Counted from the stretch's first letter, positions 9,272 through 19,564 are shown. The stretch: 64,000 nucleotides of DNA from Planctomycetota bacterium (GCA_046290465.1 JBKAGP010000001.1:4064001-4128000); one strand, 5' to 3'. Numbers and translations are program-made. The notes: a model not told the origin generated them from the sequence alone.

Positions 9272-10926
9272 CGTCCGAGTTCGAGTCCCTTGACCCGCTG
9301 GCCGGCGACCGCGGTCACCGACAGCGAACGGTCGGACTGGTCGTTGAGGGTGAGCGTGCCGGCTCCGAAGTTGGTCGTCTCGAGCACGAACGCGCCCGCC
9401 GAGTCGGTGGTCGTCACGTCGGTCAGCTCGAGCGTGCCGCCTTCGAGCACGCGGCGGCCCGGCATGCCGGTCGCGGTCGACTGGTTCGCGGGCCGCCAGC
9501 GCACGGATGCGTTGGCGAGCGGAAAGCCGTTGGCCCCGAAGGCCACGCCTTCGATCGTCGCGGTCAGACCGTGCTCGACGCGCACTTCGGTGAGCGCCGG
9601 CAGCAGGTCGTAGTTGGCGAACGCCGCACCCGGATCGACCAGCTCGGCGTAGGTGACGTGCCGCGGCGCCTGCACGATCAGGCGCGCCGCGATGCTGCCG
9701 GCCGCCTGCAGCTCGAAGGTCCCGTCGGCGGCCGTTCGCGCGGTGATCGCGCCACCGCCGGCGACCTGCCAGATCAGCGTCGCGCCGGCGATCGGCTGCA
9801 GGCCCGGCCGCGATCTCACGCAACCGCGCAGCGGGGTGCGCTGCAGCGGCTCGAGCCGGATCCGCTGGTCGTCGGACGGGACCGCGACACGCTCGACGGC
9901 GACCGGCTTGTGCACGGCATGGCGGACCAGCAGCGTGCGCGGGCCGCGCGGCAGCGGACCGATCGTGAACACGCCGTCGTCCCCGGTTGTCGCCTCGAGG
10001 CCGAGCGGATCGCCGCCCTGGATCGTGACGTTGGCAGCCGCGAGCGGCGCGCTGGCGGTGTCCATCACCACGCCGCTGACGAAGGCGCCGGCGACCATGC
10101 GCACGACCTGCACCGGCGGCTCCGGCCCGAGGCGGACGTCGACGTCCATGGTCGCGACCAGACCGGTCGTGGTCGCCGCCTCGAGCCGGTAGGCGCCCGA
10201 CGCGACGAAGCGAACCGCCAGCGCTGCGTCGGTCGCGTGGTAGACGTGGCGGTCCTCTGCGCCTGCGTGCACGTGCTGGTCGCGGCTGACTTCCTTCGCG
10301 GCCATCATCAGGTGCTCGGACCAGGCGCGCAGCTCGATCTGGTCGAGCGTCGAGACCCGCACGTTGTCGACCAGCTGCGCGTCCGGCGCCGGGCGCAACC
10401 GCACCGACACGTCGGCCACCGGGTCGCCGGCGGCATCGACGAACGCGAAGCGACGCACCGTGGACCAGGCGTCGGTGAGCATGCGCACGACCAGCGGATT
10501 CTGTTCGTCGCTGCCGAGCCGCGCCGGCGCCAGCCGCATCAGGTAGCCATCGCGGACCACGGCCAGCTGCGCCGCCTCTCCGAGCGGCACGAGCGCGATG
10601 CCCTGCTCGTCGGTGAACGCGAGGTCGGCGCCGGTCAGCAGCCGCCGCACGATCGCGCCTGGGACCGGACGTTCGCTGCGGTGGTCGATCACCCGGAGGC
10701 AGACGGTCGGCCGATCGGCCAGCTCGCCGGGATCGATCTCGACGGCATCACGGTTGGTCGCGACGACGCCCTCGGGCAACTCGCCGACGGCTTCCCGTTG
10801 GCCGTCGCCTGCCGACGAGACGTCGCCACCGCCCGGCGGCAGCGACGTTTCGGAACCCGACTGCATCAGCCAGTAGCCGGCGCCTGCCAGCACGAGCAAC
10901 GTCAACAGCAACAGCGCGGCACGCAT
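9268..10926 (-). CDS. Membrane-anchored carboxypeptidase-regulatory-like domain protein
   Basis: N-terminal TM and repeated SGVV..DT..PL..A.V / TTxxDGxF motifs. Confidence 0.75.
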   Translation of the reverse strand: MRAALLLLTLLVLAGAGYWLMQSGSETSLPPGGGDVSSAGDGQREAVGELPEGVVATNRDAVEIDPGELADRPTVCLRVIDHRSERPVPGAIVRRLLTGADLAFTDEQGIALVPLGEAAQLAVVRDGYLMRLAPARLGSDEQNPLVVRMLTDAWSTVRRFAFVDAAGDPVADVSVRLRPAPDAQLVDNVRVSTLDQIELRAWSEHLMMAAKEVSRDQHVHAGAEDRHVYHATDAALAVRFVASGAYRLEAATTTGLVATMDVDVRLGPEPPVQVVRMVAGAFVSGVVMDTASAPLAAANVTIQGGDPLGLEATTGDDGVFTIGPLPRGPRTLLVRHAVHKPVAVERVAVPSDDQRIRLEPLQRTPLRGCVRSRPGLQPIAGATLIWQVAGGGAITARTAADGTFELQAAGSIAARLIVQAPRHVTYAELVDPGAAFANYDLLPALTEVRVEHGLTATIEGVAFGANGFPLANASVRWRPANQSTATGMPGRRVLEGGTLELTDVTTTDSAGAFVLETTNFGAGTLTLNDQSDRSLSVTAVAGQRVKGLELGR

Positions 10927-10967
10927 CACAGGCGCGCGAGCATACCGCGGCCTATGATCCTCGACGC

Positions 10968-12590
10968 ATGTCCTCGACGAACGCACGGATGCACCCGCTG
11001 CTCGCCGCCCTGCTGTGGATCCCCTGGGGCATCCTGCTCGCGCTGGCGCTGTGCGCCGTCGTGTGGTTCGTGTATGCGGTCAGCCAGCGCCTCTTGTATC
11101 CGCACGAGCTCGAGTGGATGGAGGGCGCGCTCGCCGACCACGCCTCGCGGGTCGCCGACGGCCTGCCGCTCTACTGCGAGCCGACCGCGGAGCACGTGCC
11201 GTTCCTCTACTCGCCGCTGCTGTTCTGGCTCGGCGCGCTCGGCATGAAGCTGGGCATCGACGGCATCGTCGCGCTGCGGCTGGTCGCCGTCGGGTTCTCG
11301 GTCAGCAGCGCGATGCTGATCGGCCACTGGGTGCGCGTCGAGTCCAGGCAGCTGGTGCCCGGCTTGGTCGCGACCGGCATGTTCCTCGCGGGCTACGGCT
11401 GGCTGGCGTGGTGGTTCGACCTGGCGCGCAACGACTCGCTGTTCGTGTTCTTGTCGCTGTCGACCGCCTACCAGCTGCGCCACGGCGGCGAACGGCGCTG
11501 GCTGTGGGCCGGCCTGCTGGCCGCGGTCGCGCTGCTCGCCAAGCAGTCCGCGCTGATGTGGCTGCCGGCCGTCGGCGTCGGCTGCCTGTGCTGGAACTGG
11601 CGCGTCGCGGTGAAGTTCGGCGTGACCAGCGCGGTCGCGATGGCCGCGTCGGTCGGTGCGCTGCACCTGGTGTCCGACGGCTGGTCGACGTTCTACCTGT
11701 TCGAGATGCCGAGCCACCACGGCATCGTCGGTGACCGCAAGCTCGGCTTCTGGACCGAGGACCTGGTGCCGATCGTGCCGCTGCTGGTTCTCTCCCTGCT
11801 GGGCTTCGTCGGCTACGTGCGCTTCCGACCGCGGGAGGCGCTGTTCTTCGCGTCGGTCGGTGCCGGCAGCCTCGTGACCTCGTATCTGTCGCGCATGCAC
11901 GTCGGCGGCTTCGACAACGTGATGATGTACGTGTTTGCCGGCGCCTGCCTGCTGGGCGCCTCGGCGAACGGCGGGCTCGCCCGCCACCGCGTCGACGTGC
12001 TCTGGCTGCGCGTGCTCGCGCCGCTGCTGCTGCTCGGCCAGTTTGGCTGGCTCGGCTACGAGGCATGGCATCGCGGCACGTCGACGCTGCTGCCGTCCGA
12101 CGCGCATCGCAAGGCGCACGACGAGCTGCGCACGCTGGTCGAACGGCAGGACGGTCCGGTGTGGATCCCGGCCCACGGCCACATCGCCTACCGCGCGGGC
12201 AAGGGCACCGGCGCGCACGGCCAGGCGATCTTCGACGTCATGCAGCTGCTGCCGAAGTTGCCCAACGGCATGTTCGACCTGGCCGCGCTGACCGACGACG
12301 CCAAGCTCGCGCACCTGCCCGAACGCGGCCGGCTCGCGCTGCACGCCGTCATGACCAACACGACCGAGGCCTTGGCCGAGCGCCACTTCGCCGCGCTGGT
12401 GATCGACGAGATCGGCGCCGGCGTCTTTCCGGTGCTGTTCGCCGCCGGCCTGGTCGGCCCCGACGGCCGCTTCGGAACCGCCGACGACCCCTACGTCCGC
12501 CGCCCCGGCCCCGCCATCGCGAACCCCACCGCGATCAAGCCCCTGCTCGGCTTCGACGTGCACACCCCCTACCTGATGCAGCGAAAGTAG
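10968..12590 (+). CDS. GT-C (ArnT/PMT, GT39-like) membrane glycosyltransferase
   Basis: LEWMEG, LYSPL, LARNDSL and AKQS motifs with many TM helices. Confidence 0.7.
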   Translation: MSSTNARMHPLLAALLWIPWGILLALALCAVVWFVYAVSQRLLYPHELEWMEGALADHASRVADGLPLYCEPTAEHVPFLYSPLLFWLGALGMKLGIDGIVALRLVAVGFSVSSAMLIGHWVRVESRQLVPGLVATGMFLAGYGWLAWWFDLARNDSLFVFLSLSTAYQLRHGGERRWLWAGLLAAVALLAKQSALMWLPAVGVGCLCWNWRVAVKFGVTSAVAMAASVGALHLVSDGWSTFYLFEMPSHHGIVGDRKLGFWTEDLVPIVPLLVLSLLGFVGYVRFRPREALFFASVGAGSLVTSYLSRMHVGGFDNVMMYVFAGACLLGASANGGLARHRVDVLWLRVLAPLLLLGQFGWLGYEAWHRGTSTLLPSDAHRKAHDELRTLVERQDGPVWIPAHGHIAYRAGKGTGAHGQAIFDVMQLLPKLPNGMFDLAALTDDAKLAHLPERGRLALHAVMTNTTEALAERHFAALVIDEIGAGVFPVLFAAGLVGPDGRFGTADDPYVRRPGPAIANPTAIKPLLGFDVHTPYLMQRK

Positions 12591-12677
12591 CGGTACGGTT
12601 CGCGGTTCATCCTCCAACGTTCGCGGGCGCGAGCGCCCGCGAACGTTGGAGGATGAACCGCGATCGTACCGCTACTT
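12585..12677. repeat. Long near-perfect inverted repeat (REPIN-like doublet)
   Basis: ~45-bp arms, AAGTAGCGGTACGG..CATCCTCCAACGTTCGCGGGCGC and its reverse complement, around a 2-nt loop. Confidence 0.9.
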
Positions 12678-12712
12678 CGCGCATCCGGGGTGGGGCCGGC
12701 GAAGGGCTGCGG

Positions 12713-14293
12713 GTGGGTGCGTTCGTCGAGGCGTTGCGGCAGGTTGCGGGCGAGGAGGCCGGCGAACGGCGCTGGGTGTTCGTTCCGTATGACCAACTGC
12801 ACGATGCGATCGGGCCGCTGGCGCAGGAGCCGGCCGACGAACTCGGGATCGTGATGATCGAGAGCCGCGCCAAGGCCGGCCGCCGCCCCTACCACAAGCA
12901 GAAGCTCGCGCTCGTGCTCGCCAACATGCGGCACTTCGCGCTCGAGCAGGCCGAGCGCGGCGTCGCGGTGCGCTACGTCGATGCCGGCGACGACGACTAC
13001 GCCACGACGCTGGGCGGACTGCACGGCGAGCTCGGCACGATCGGGGTGATGCGGCCGGCGGAGCTGGAGCTGCGGCAGGAGCTGCAGCCGCTGTTCGCCA
13101 ACGGCGAGCTGGAGGAGCTGCCGCACGAAGGCTGGCTGACGACCGGGGACGACTTCGGCGCGATCAAGGGACCGCCGTGGCGCATGGACGCCTTCTACCG
13201 GCAGGTCCGCAAGCGCACCGGCATCCTGATGGAGGACGGCAAGCCGGTCGGCGGCAAGTTCAGCTTCGACGCCGACAACCGCGAACGGTGGGACGGTGAG
13301 CCGGCGGCGCCGCCGCTGCCGACGTTCGAGGTCGACGACGTCACCCGCGAGGTCTGCCAACTGGTGGAGCGCACGTTCGGCGACCACCCCGGGGAGCTGC
13401 GGCCCGAGCACCTGCCGGCGACCCGCGACGACGCCGAACGCATGTGGGCGTGGGCGCTCGACGAGTGCATGGTGCACTTCGGGCCCTACGAGGACGCGAT
13501 GTCGACGAAGTCGACCAACCTGTTCCACACGCGCGTCTCGCCGCTGCTCAGCCTGCACCGCCTGCTGCCGCAGCGCGTCGTCGACGACGTCGTCGCCGCC
13601 GACCTGCCGCTCAACAGCAAGGAGGGCTTCGTGCGCCAGGTGCTCGGCTGGCGCGAGTTCGTGCGGCACGTGCACGAGACGACCGACGGCTTCCGGGACC
13701 TGGACGACAACGTGCTGCAGGGTGACGTCGACCTGCCGCCGGTGTTCTGGGGCGGCAAGCCGTCGGGGCTGCACTGCCTCGACCGCGTCGTCGACGACGT
13801 CTGGCGCGAGGCCTACAGCCACCACATCACGCGGCTGATGATCCTCGGCAACCTCGCGACGCTGATCGGCGTGTCGCCGCGGCAGCTCAGCGACTGGTTC
13901 TGGGTCGCCTATGCCGACGCCTACGACTGGGTCGTCGAACCCAACGTGCTCGCGATGGCGACCTACGGCGTCGGCGAGCTGATGACGACCAAGCCCTACG
14001 TCGCCGGCAGCGCCTACATCGCCAAGATGAGCGACTACTGCAAGTCGTGCGCGTTCCACCCGAAGAAGACGTGCCCGATCACGCGGCTCTACTGGGCGTT
14101 CTTGTCACGCAACGCCGAACGGCTGGACGGCAACCAGCGTATCGCGATGCCGCTGCGCAGCCTCGAAAAGCGCAAGGCCGACGAGGTGAAGCTCGACGCG
14201 GCGACGGCGACGTGGGTGCGTTCGCGATTGGCGAAGGGTGACGAACTGCGCGTGGACGACGCGCCGGCGAATGCCGACGCGCGGCGCGGGTAG
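12713..14293 (+). CDS. Cryptochrome/photolyase, FeS-BCP (PhrB/CryB-type (6-4) photolyase) class
   Basis: DQL, HKQKLxLV..NMRHF, PVGGKFSFDADNR, FGPYEDAM, EGFVRQVLGWREF, HHITRLM and TKPY. Four Cys (GLHCL; YCKSC...TCP) fit a 4Fe-4S cluster. Start is approximate. Confidence 0.92.
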   Translation: MGAFVEALRQVAGEEAGERRWVFVPYDQLHDAIGPLAQEPADELGIVMIESRAKAGRRPYHKQKLALVLANMRHFALEQAERGVAVRYVDAGDDDYATTLGGLHGELGTIGVMRPAELELRQELQPLFANGELEELPHEGWLTTGDDFGAIKGPPWRMDAFYRQVRKRTGILMEDGKPVGGKFSFDADNRERWDGEPAAPPLPTFEVDDVTREVCQLVERTFGDHPGELRPEHLPATRDDAERMWAWALDECMVHFGPYEDAMSTKSTNLFHTRVSPLLSLHRLLPQRVVDDVVAADLPLNSKEGFVRQVLGWREFVRHVHETTDGFRDLDDNVLQGDVDLPPVFWGGKPSGLHCLDRVVDDVWREAYSHHITRLMILGNLATLIGVSPRQLSDWFWVAYADAYDWVVEPNVLAMATYGVGELMTTKPYVAGSAYIAKMSDYCKSCAFHPKKTCPITRLYWAFLSRNAERLDGNQRIAMPLRSLEKRKADEVKLDAATATWVRSRLAKGDELRVDDAPANADARRG

Positions 14294-14438
14294 ATTCGGC
14301 GGCCCCCGCGGACGCGGGGCGCGCCATGCTCCGCACGACCACCCTCCCGTGCTGCTCGCTGCGGCCGCCGCCGCACGGGTGCCGTCACACGCCTACGACC
14401 CGTTGACGAGCAGCAACGGGGATCCGCGCGGGTCGAAA

Positions 14439-14472
14439 GTTGGAGGATGAACCGCGTACCGTACGGCTACTT
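14439..14472. repeat. Single copy of the repeat arm found at 12585-12677
   Basis: GTTGGAGGATGAACCGCGTACCGTACGGCTACTT versus GTTGGAGGATGAACCGCGATCGTACCGCTACTT. Confidence 0.85.
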
Positions 14473-14910
14473 TCAGAGGTTGGCGAGGGCGGTCTGGACG
14501 GTCTTGCCGTCGGCGAGGCCCTTGTAGCGGGACATCCACTCCTTCATGAAGCGGCCCTTGTCCTTGGGGCCCTCGAAGCCGATCTCGGCGGCGATCTCGC
14601 GGACCTTGGCGTCGACCTCGTCGGGCGTCATCTGCTTGGGCAGGTAGCCCTGGATCATCTCGATCTCCTTCTGCTCGTTGGCCGCGATCTCGTCGCGGCC
14701 GGCGGCGGTGGCCTGATCGATGGTGTCGTTGCGCGTCTTGACGGCCTTCTGCAGCACCGCGAGCTCGGCCTCGTCCGAGAGCTCGCCCTCGGCTTCGACC
14801 TTCTTCTTGATGTCGCTGATGATCATGCGCAGCACGGTGAGCTTGTCCTTCTCACCGGCCTTCATCGCCGTCTTGACGTCGGCGGTGAGCTTGTCGAGGT
14901 AGCTGCCCAT
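14473..14910 (-). CDS. yqeY: GatB/YqeY domain protein
   Basis: DVKTAMKAGEKDKLTVLRM and EIEMIQGYLPKQM motifs. Confidence 0.9.
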   Translation of the reverse strand: MGSYLDKLTADVKTAMKAGEKDKLTVLRMIISDIKKKVEAEGELSDEAELAVLQKAVKTRNDTIDQATAAGRDEIAANEQKEIEMIQGYLPKQMTPDEVDAKVREIAAEIGFEGPKDKGRFMKEWMSRYKGLADGKTVQTALANL

Positions 14911-17462
14911 CAGTCCTTCTTCTCCCCGTTGTCCCGGTCGTCGGTGGTGCTGTCTTCAGTGGTGCTGTCGTCGGAGCCCTTGTCGTCGGAACCGGCCGGC
15001 GCGTCGCCGCCTGCCACCGGCTCTTCCTGCGGGATGCGCGCGACGCTGACCAGCTTGTCGCCCTCGCGCAGCGAGATGCAGCGCACGCCCTGGGTGTTGC
15101 GGCCGATGACGCTGATGTCGCCGGCCTCGGTGCGAACGATCTGGCCGTCCTTGGTGATCATCATCACCTCGTCCTCGTCGGTGACGCCGAGCAGGTTGAC
15201 GACCTTGCCGTTCCGCTCGGTGGCGCGGATGTCGATGATGCCCTTGCCGCCACGCGTCTGCGAACGGTACTCCTCGACCTTGGTGCGCTTGCCGTAGCCG
15301 TTCTCGCAGATGGTCATCAGCGTGCCGCTGCCGTCGGTGACGACCATGTCGCAGACCGCGTCGCCCTCGTCGAGCTTGATGCCGCGCACACCGACGGCGC
15401 TGCGACCCATGGCGCGCGCGCCGTCCTCGTCGAAGCGGATCGACATGCCGTTCTTGGTGCCCAGCACGATGTGATCACCCTTGCGGCAGATGTTGACGCC
15501 GACCAGCGAGTCGCCGTCGTCGAGGCCGAGCGCGATGATGCCGCCGGCGCGCGGACGGCTGTAGGCACTGAGCGCGGTCTTCTTGATCAGGCCCTTGCGG
15601 CTGGCGCTGATCAGGAAGCGCTCGTCGTCGAACTTGTCGACGCGCAGGATGCCGGTGATCTTCTCACCTTCCTGCGTCTCGACGACGTTGATCAACGCGC
15701 GGCCCTTGGCGGTCCGGCCGTAGCTCGGCAGCTCGTAGACCTTCTTCCAGTAGACGCGGCCGCGGTCGGTGAAGAACAGCAGGTAGTCGTGCGTCGACGC
15801 GACGAACAGGTTCCACAGGAAGTCGCCCTCCTTGAAGTCCGCGCCGCTGACGCCCTTGCCGCCGCGACCCTGCGTCCGGTACTGATCGAGCGCGGTGCGC
15901 TTGATGTAGCCCTGGTGCGTGCAGGTCACGACCATCATCTCCTCGGGGATGAGGTCCTCGGCGATGAAGTTGCCGACCTCCTCGTCGCTGATAACGGTGC
16001 GGCGCTCGTCGCCGTACTGCTCGACCATCTCCTTGAGGTCCTGGCGCATCAGCCCGAACAGCACTTCGCGGTCGTTGAGGATCGTCTTGTAGTAGGCGAT
16101 CTTCTCCATGACCTCGGCGTGCTCGGCCTCCAGCTTCTCGATCTCGAGGCCGGTGAGCTGCGACAGGCGCATGCTCAGGATGGCGCGCGACTGGATGTCG
16201 CTGAGCTCGAAGCGCGCGATCAGGCGCTGCCGCGCCTCGTCGGTGTTGGCCGACGACTTGATGATCTCGATGACCTCGTCGATGTTCGCGACGGCCAGTC
16301 GCAGGCCTTCGAGGATGTGCAGCCGTTCTTCGGCCTTGCGCAGCAGGTAGCGGGTGCGGCGCCGGATCACGTCGATGCGGTGATCGCGGTGGCACTCGAG
16401 CATCTGCTTGAAGCCGAGCGTGCGCGGGCGGCCGTCGACGATCGCCAGGTTGATGATCGAGAACGTGCTCTGCAGCGGCGACATCTTGAACAGCTTGTTC
16501 AAGGTCACCATCTCGTCCTCGACCGCCTTCTTCAGCTCGACGACGAGGCGCAGGCCGACGCGGTCGTTGGACTCGTCGTTGACGTCGCTGATCGTGTCGA
16601 TCTGCTGCGTCTTCACGAGGTGCTGGATGCGCTCCAGGATCGTGGTCGTCTTGATCTGGTACGGGACCTCGGTGAAGACCAGCTGCTTGCGGCCCTTCTT
16701 CTCCTCGAGGTGGTACTTGGCGCGGCAGGTGACCGAGCCGCGGCCGCTCGCGTACGCGTTGCGGATGCCGCTGCGGCCCATGATCGTGCCGCCGGTCGGG
16801 AAGTCGGGCCCCTTCACGATCTCGAGCAGTTCGTCGAGCGTGATGTCCGGCTTGCTGTAGAGCTTGTCGAGCGCGGTCGCGACCTCACGCAGGTTGTGCG
16901 GCGCGAGGCTGGCGGCCATGCCGACGGCGATGCCGGTCGAGCCGTTGCAGATCAGGTTGGGGAAGCGGGCCGGCAGCACGACCGGCTGCATGCGCGTGCC
17001 GTCGTAGTTCTCGACGAGGTCGACGGTCTCCTTGTCGAGGTCCTCCAGCATGTGCGTCGCCGGGTAGCCGAGACGCGCCTCCGTGTATCGCATCGCCGCC
17101 GGCGGACTGCCGTCGATCGCGCCGAAGTTGCCCTGGCTGTCGACCATCGGGTAGCGCGTCGTGAACGGCTGCGCCATGCCGACCAGCGTCGGGTAGACCA
17201 CCGATTCGCCGTGCGGGTGGTAGTTGCCGGACGTGTCGCCGCAGATCTTGGCGCACTTGCGGTGCTTGCTCCGCGGGCCGAGATTGAGGTCGTTCATCGC
17301 GACCAGCACGCGCCGCTGACTCGGCTTGAGACCGTCCCGCGCATCCGGCAGAGCGCGCGAGAGGATGACGCTCATCGAGTAGTTGAGGTAGCTCTCGCGC
17401 ATCTCCCGCTCGAGCAGGAGGTCGGTGATGCGGCCGCCGTCGGGCGGGGTCGTGTCGGTCAT
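14910..17462 (-). CDS. gyrA: DNA gyrase subunit A
   Basis: RALPDARDGLKP, YHPHG, active-site AAMRYTE, GyrA-box QGRGGKG and C-terminal beta-pinwheel repeats. Confidence 0.97.
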   Translation of the reverse strand: MTDTTPPDGGRITDLLLEREMRESYLNYSMSVILSRALPDARDGLKPSQRRVLVAMNDLNLGPRSKHRKCAKICGDTSGNYHPHGESVVYPTLVGMAQPFTTRYPMVDSQGNFGAIDGSPPAAMRYTEARLGYPATHMLEDLDKETVDLVENYDGTRMQPVVLPARFPNLICNGSTGIAVGMAASLAPHNLREVATALDKLYSKPDITLDELLEIVKGPDFPTGGTIMGRSGIRNAYASGRGSVTCRAKYHLEEKKGRKQLVFTEVPYQIKTTTILERIQHLVKTQQIDTISDVNDESNDRVGLRLVVELKKAVEDEMVTLNKLFKMSPLQSTFSIINLAIVDGRPRTLGFKQMLECHRDHRIDVIRRRTRYLLRKAEERLHILEGLRLAVANIDEVIEIIKSSANTDEARQRLIARFELSDIQSRAILSMRLSQLTGLEIEKLEAEHAEVMEKIAYYKTILNDREVLFGLMRQDLKEMVEQYGDERRTVISDEEVGNFIAEDLIPEEMMVVTCTHQGYIKRTALDQYRTQGRGGKGVSGADFKEGDFLWNLFVASTHDYLLFFTDRGRVYWKKVYELPSYGRTAKGRALINVVETQEGEKITGILRVDKFDDERFLISASRKGLIKKTALSAYSRPRAGGIIALGLDDGDSLVGVNICRKGDHIVLGTKNGMSIRFDEDGARAMGRSAVGVRGIKLDEGDAVCDMVVTDGSGTLMTICENGYGKRTKVEEYRSQTRGGKGIIDIRATERNGKVVNLLGVTDEDEVMMITKDGQIVRTEAGDISVIGRNTQGVRCISLREGDKLVSVARIPQEEPVAGGDAPAGSDDKGSDDSTTEDSTTDDRDNGEKKD

Positions 17463-17612
17463 GTTCGGGCGGGGTCCTGGCTGGGATCGGCTGCGGAAAG
17501 GACCCATTGTTCCGCCCGCTGGCTACCGCTTCAACATTGCTGCCGTTCCTGTACGATGCTCGCGCCCCCACCGTCGGGGGGAGCCTAGAAACCGCCTACC
17601 GGAGCCCCACTT

Positions 17613-18446
17613 TTGTTCGACAAGAGCGTCATCATCCTGGTCGTTTCCCGCGAGATCCTGGAGGGGTCCGTGGTGGACCGCAACGCGGCCTTCATCGCCA
17701 ACCGGATCGACGACATCGGCTACCGCGTACGCACCATCCAGGTCTGTGACCGGGTCGAGGCCGAGATGGTCGCGACCATGACCTGGGCGCTGGGCCAGAA
17801 GCCGACGTTCGTGCTGGTCACGGGCGGCATGGGCCCCAACTGGGACGACAACACCCGCGCCTGCCTGGCCAAGGCCGCCGGCCTCGAGCTGATCGAGAAC
17901 GAGCAGGCCAAGGCATACGTGCAGAACGCCTACCGCCGGCTGTTCGCCAAGCAGGTCGTCGGCAACCCGGACCTGACCGAGGCGCGCCAGGGCATGGCGA
18001 TGCTGCCCAAGGGCGCCAAGTGCTACGAGAACACGGTCGGCAGCGCGCCGGCGGTGCAGCTCGACGTCGACAAGACCACGGTGTTCCTGCTGCCGGGCGT
18101 GCCGGCCGAGATGCAGCGCTTCTTCACCGCGCACGTGATGCCGGTGATGGCGGCCGCCGGCCCCGACACCGTGCGCGGCGAACGCGCCGTCGACTACCAC
18201 GGCCACGACGAGTCGTCGATCAGCCGGGTGCTCGCGGACGTCAGCAAGATGCACCCGGAGATCAGCATCCGCACGCGCGTGCAGGGCACCGAGATGGCCC
18301 GCACGATCCGGATCGTGCTGGTCGCCGAGCAGGACGACGCCGTGCAGCTCAACGAGCTGCTCGAGAAGGCCGAACAGGACCTGCGCGACCGCCTCGGGCT
18401 GGAGTTCGACACGCCGCCGACCGACGCGTCGCGCCTTGGCGACTAG
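17613..18446 (+). CDS. CinA-like molybdopterin-binding (COG1058-type) protein without the C-terminal PncC domain
   Basis: EILEGSVVDRNA, TGGMGPNWDDNT, NTVGSAP and LPGVPAEM motifs. Confidence 0.8.
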   Translation: MFDKSVIILVVSREILEGSVVDRNAAFIANRIDDIGYRVRTIQVCDRVEAEMVATMTWALGQKPTFVLVTGGMGPNWDDNTRACLAKAAGLELIENEQAKAYVQNAYRRLFAKQVVGNPDLTEARQGMAMLPKGAKCYENTVGSAPAVQLDVDKTTVFLLPGVPAEMQRFFTAHVMPVMAAAGPDTVRGERAVDYHGHDESSISRVLADVSKMHPEISIRTRVQGTEMARTIRIVLVAEQDDAVQLNELLEKAEQDLRDRLGLEFDTPPTDASRLGD

Positions 18447-19488
18447 CGGCTTCGCACCGCGCCTGCTGGGCTGGTTCGACCGCGCCCGGCGGGACCTGCC
18501 GTGGCGCCGCACGCGGGACCCGTGGGCGATCTGGGTCAGCGAGATCATGCTGCAGCAGACGCGCGTCGAGGCGGTGCGCGCGCCGTTCGAGCGGTTCCTG
18601 GCGCGCTACCCGACGCCCGCCGCGTTCGCCGCGGCCAGCGACGACGAGGTCATGGTCGCGTGGCGCGGCCTGGGCTACTACCGGCGGGCGCGGCTGCTGC
18701 GCGACGGTGCCCGCAGGGTCGCCGAGGTGCACGACGGGGTCGTTCCGGACACGGTCGACGAGCTGCGCGAGCTGCCCGGGATCGGGCCCTACACGCTCGG
18801 GGCGGTGGCCTCGATCGCGTTCGGGCACGGCCAGCCGGCCGTCGACGGCAACGTCGAACGGGTGGTGTCGCGGCACCGCGGTCTCGCCGAGCCGATCGGG
18901 ACCACCAGGGCCCGCAAGGCGATCGGCGCGCAGGTGCTGGCCTGGATGGACCGGGCACGCGCCGGCGACTTCAACCAGGCGATGATGGAGCTCGGCGCGA
19001 CGGTCTGCACGCCGACCTCCCCCGCCTGCGACGGCTGCCCGGTCGGCAGCGACTGCATCGCGATGCGTGACGGGCGGACCGCCGAGCTGCCGGTCAAGAA
19101 GGCGCCGCGAAAGGCCGTCGACGTGATCGCCCGCGCCGTCGTGATCGCACGCGGCGGCGAGGTGCTGGGCTACCGGGTCCCGGACGACCAGCCCAATGCG
19201 GGGCAGGTCGACCTGCCCGGCCCAGGTGTGCTGTGTGACTGCGACCCGGAGGACCTGGCGGCCGCCGTGCGCGAGCGGTTCGGCGCCGAGATCCGGGTCC
19301 GAGAGCCGCTCGCGGCCGTTCGGCATGCGATCACCCACCACCGCATCAGCCTGCACGCGCACGCGGCGGAACTCCGGAAACGGGGACGGCTACGGTGGTT
19401 TGCGCGGGACGCGCAGACGCCGTGGACGACCCCGGCGCGCAAGGTGTTCGCCAAGACCTTCCTGGACTCGGGCGCCCCGGAGGCGTGA
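18436..19488 (+). CDS. mutY: A/G-specific adenine glycosylase MutY
   Basis: RDLPWR, WVSEIMLQQT, GLGYYRRA, LPGIGPYT, VDGNVERV and FeS loop CTPTSPACDGCPVGSDC. Confidence 0.95.
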   Translation: MATSGFAPRLLGWFDRARRDLPWRRTRDPWAIWVSEIMLQQTRVEAVRAPFERFLARYPTPAAFAAASDDEVMVAWRGLGYYRRARLLRDGARRVAEVHDGVVPDTVDELRELPGIGPYTLGAVASIAFGHGQPAVDGNVERVVSRHRGLAEPIGTTRARKAIGAQVLAWMDRARAGDFNQAMMELGATVCTPTSPACDGCPVGSDCIAMRDGRTAELPVKKAPRKAVDVIARAVVIARGGEVLGYRVPDDQPNAGQVDLPGPGVLCDCDPEDLAAAVRERFGAEIRVREPLAAVRHAITHHRISLHAHAAELRKRGRLRWFARDAQTPWTTPARKVFAKTFLDSGAPEA

Positions 19489-19564
19489 ACCCGCGCCGCG
19501 ACCTCGCTATCGTGGTTGCCCCTCGATTGCAGCAACAACCCACTCCGACGCAGAGGAACGAACT

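Noticed and set aside
12065..12712. N-terminal extension of the photolyase ORF
   Set aside because: It overlaps the GT-C gene and the inverted repeat, and family similarity only begins near 12770.
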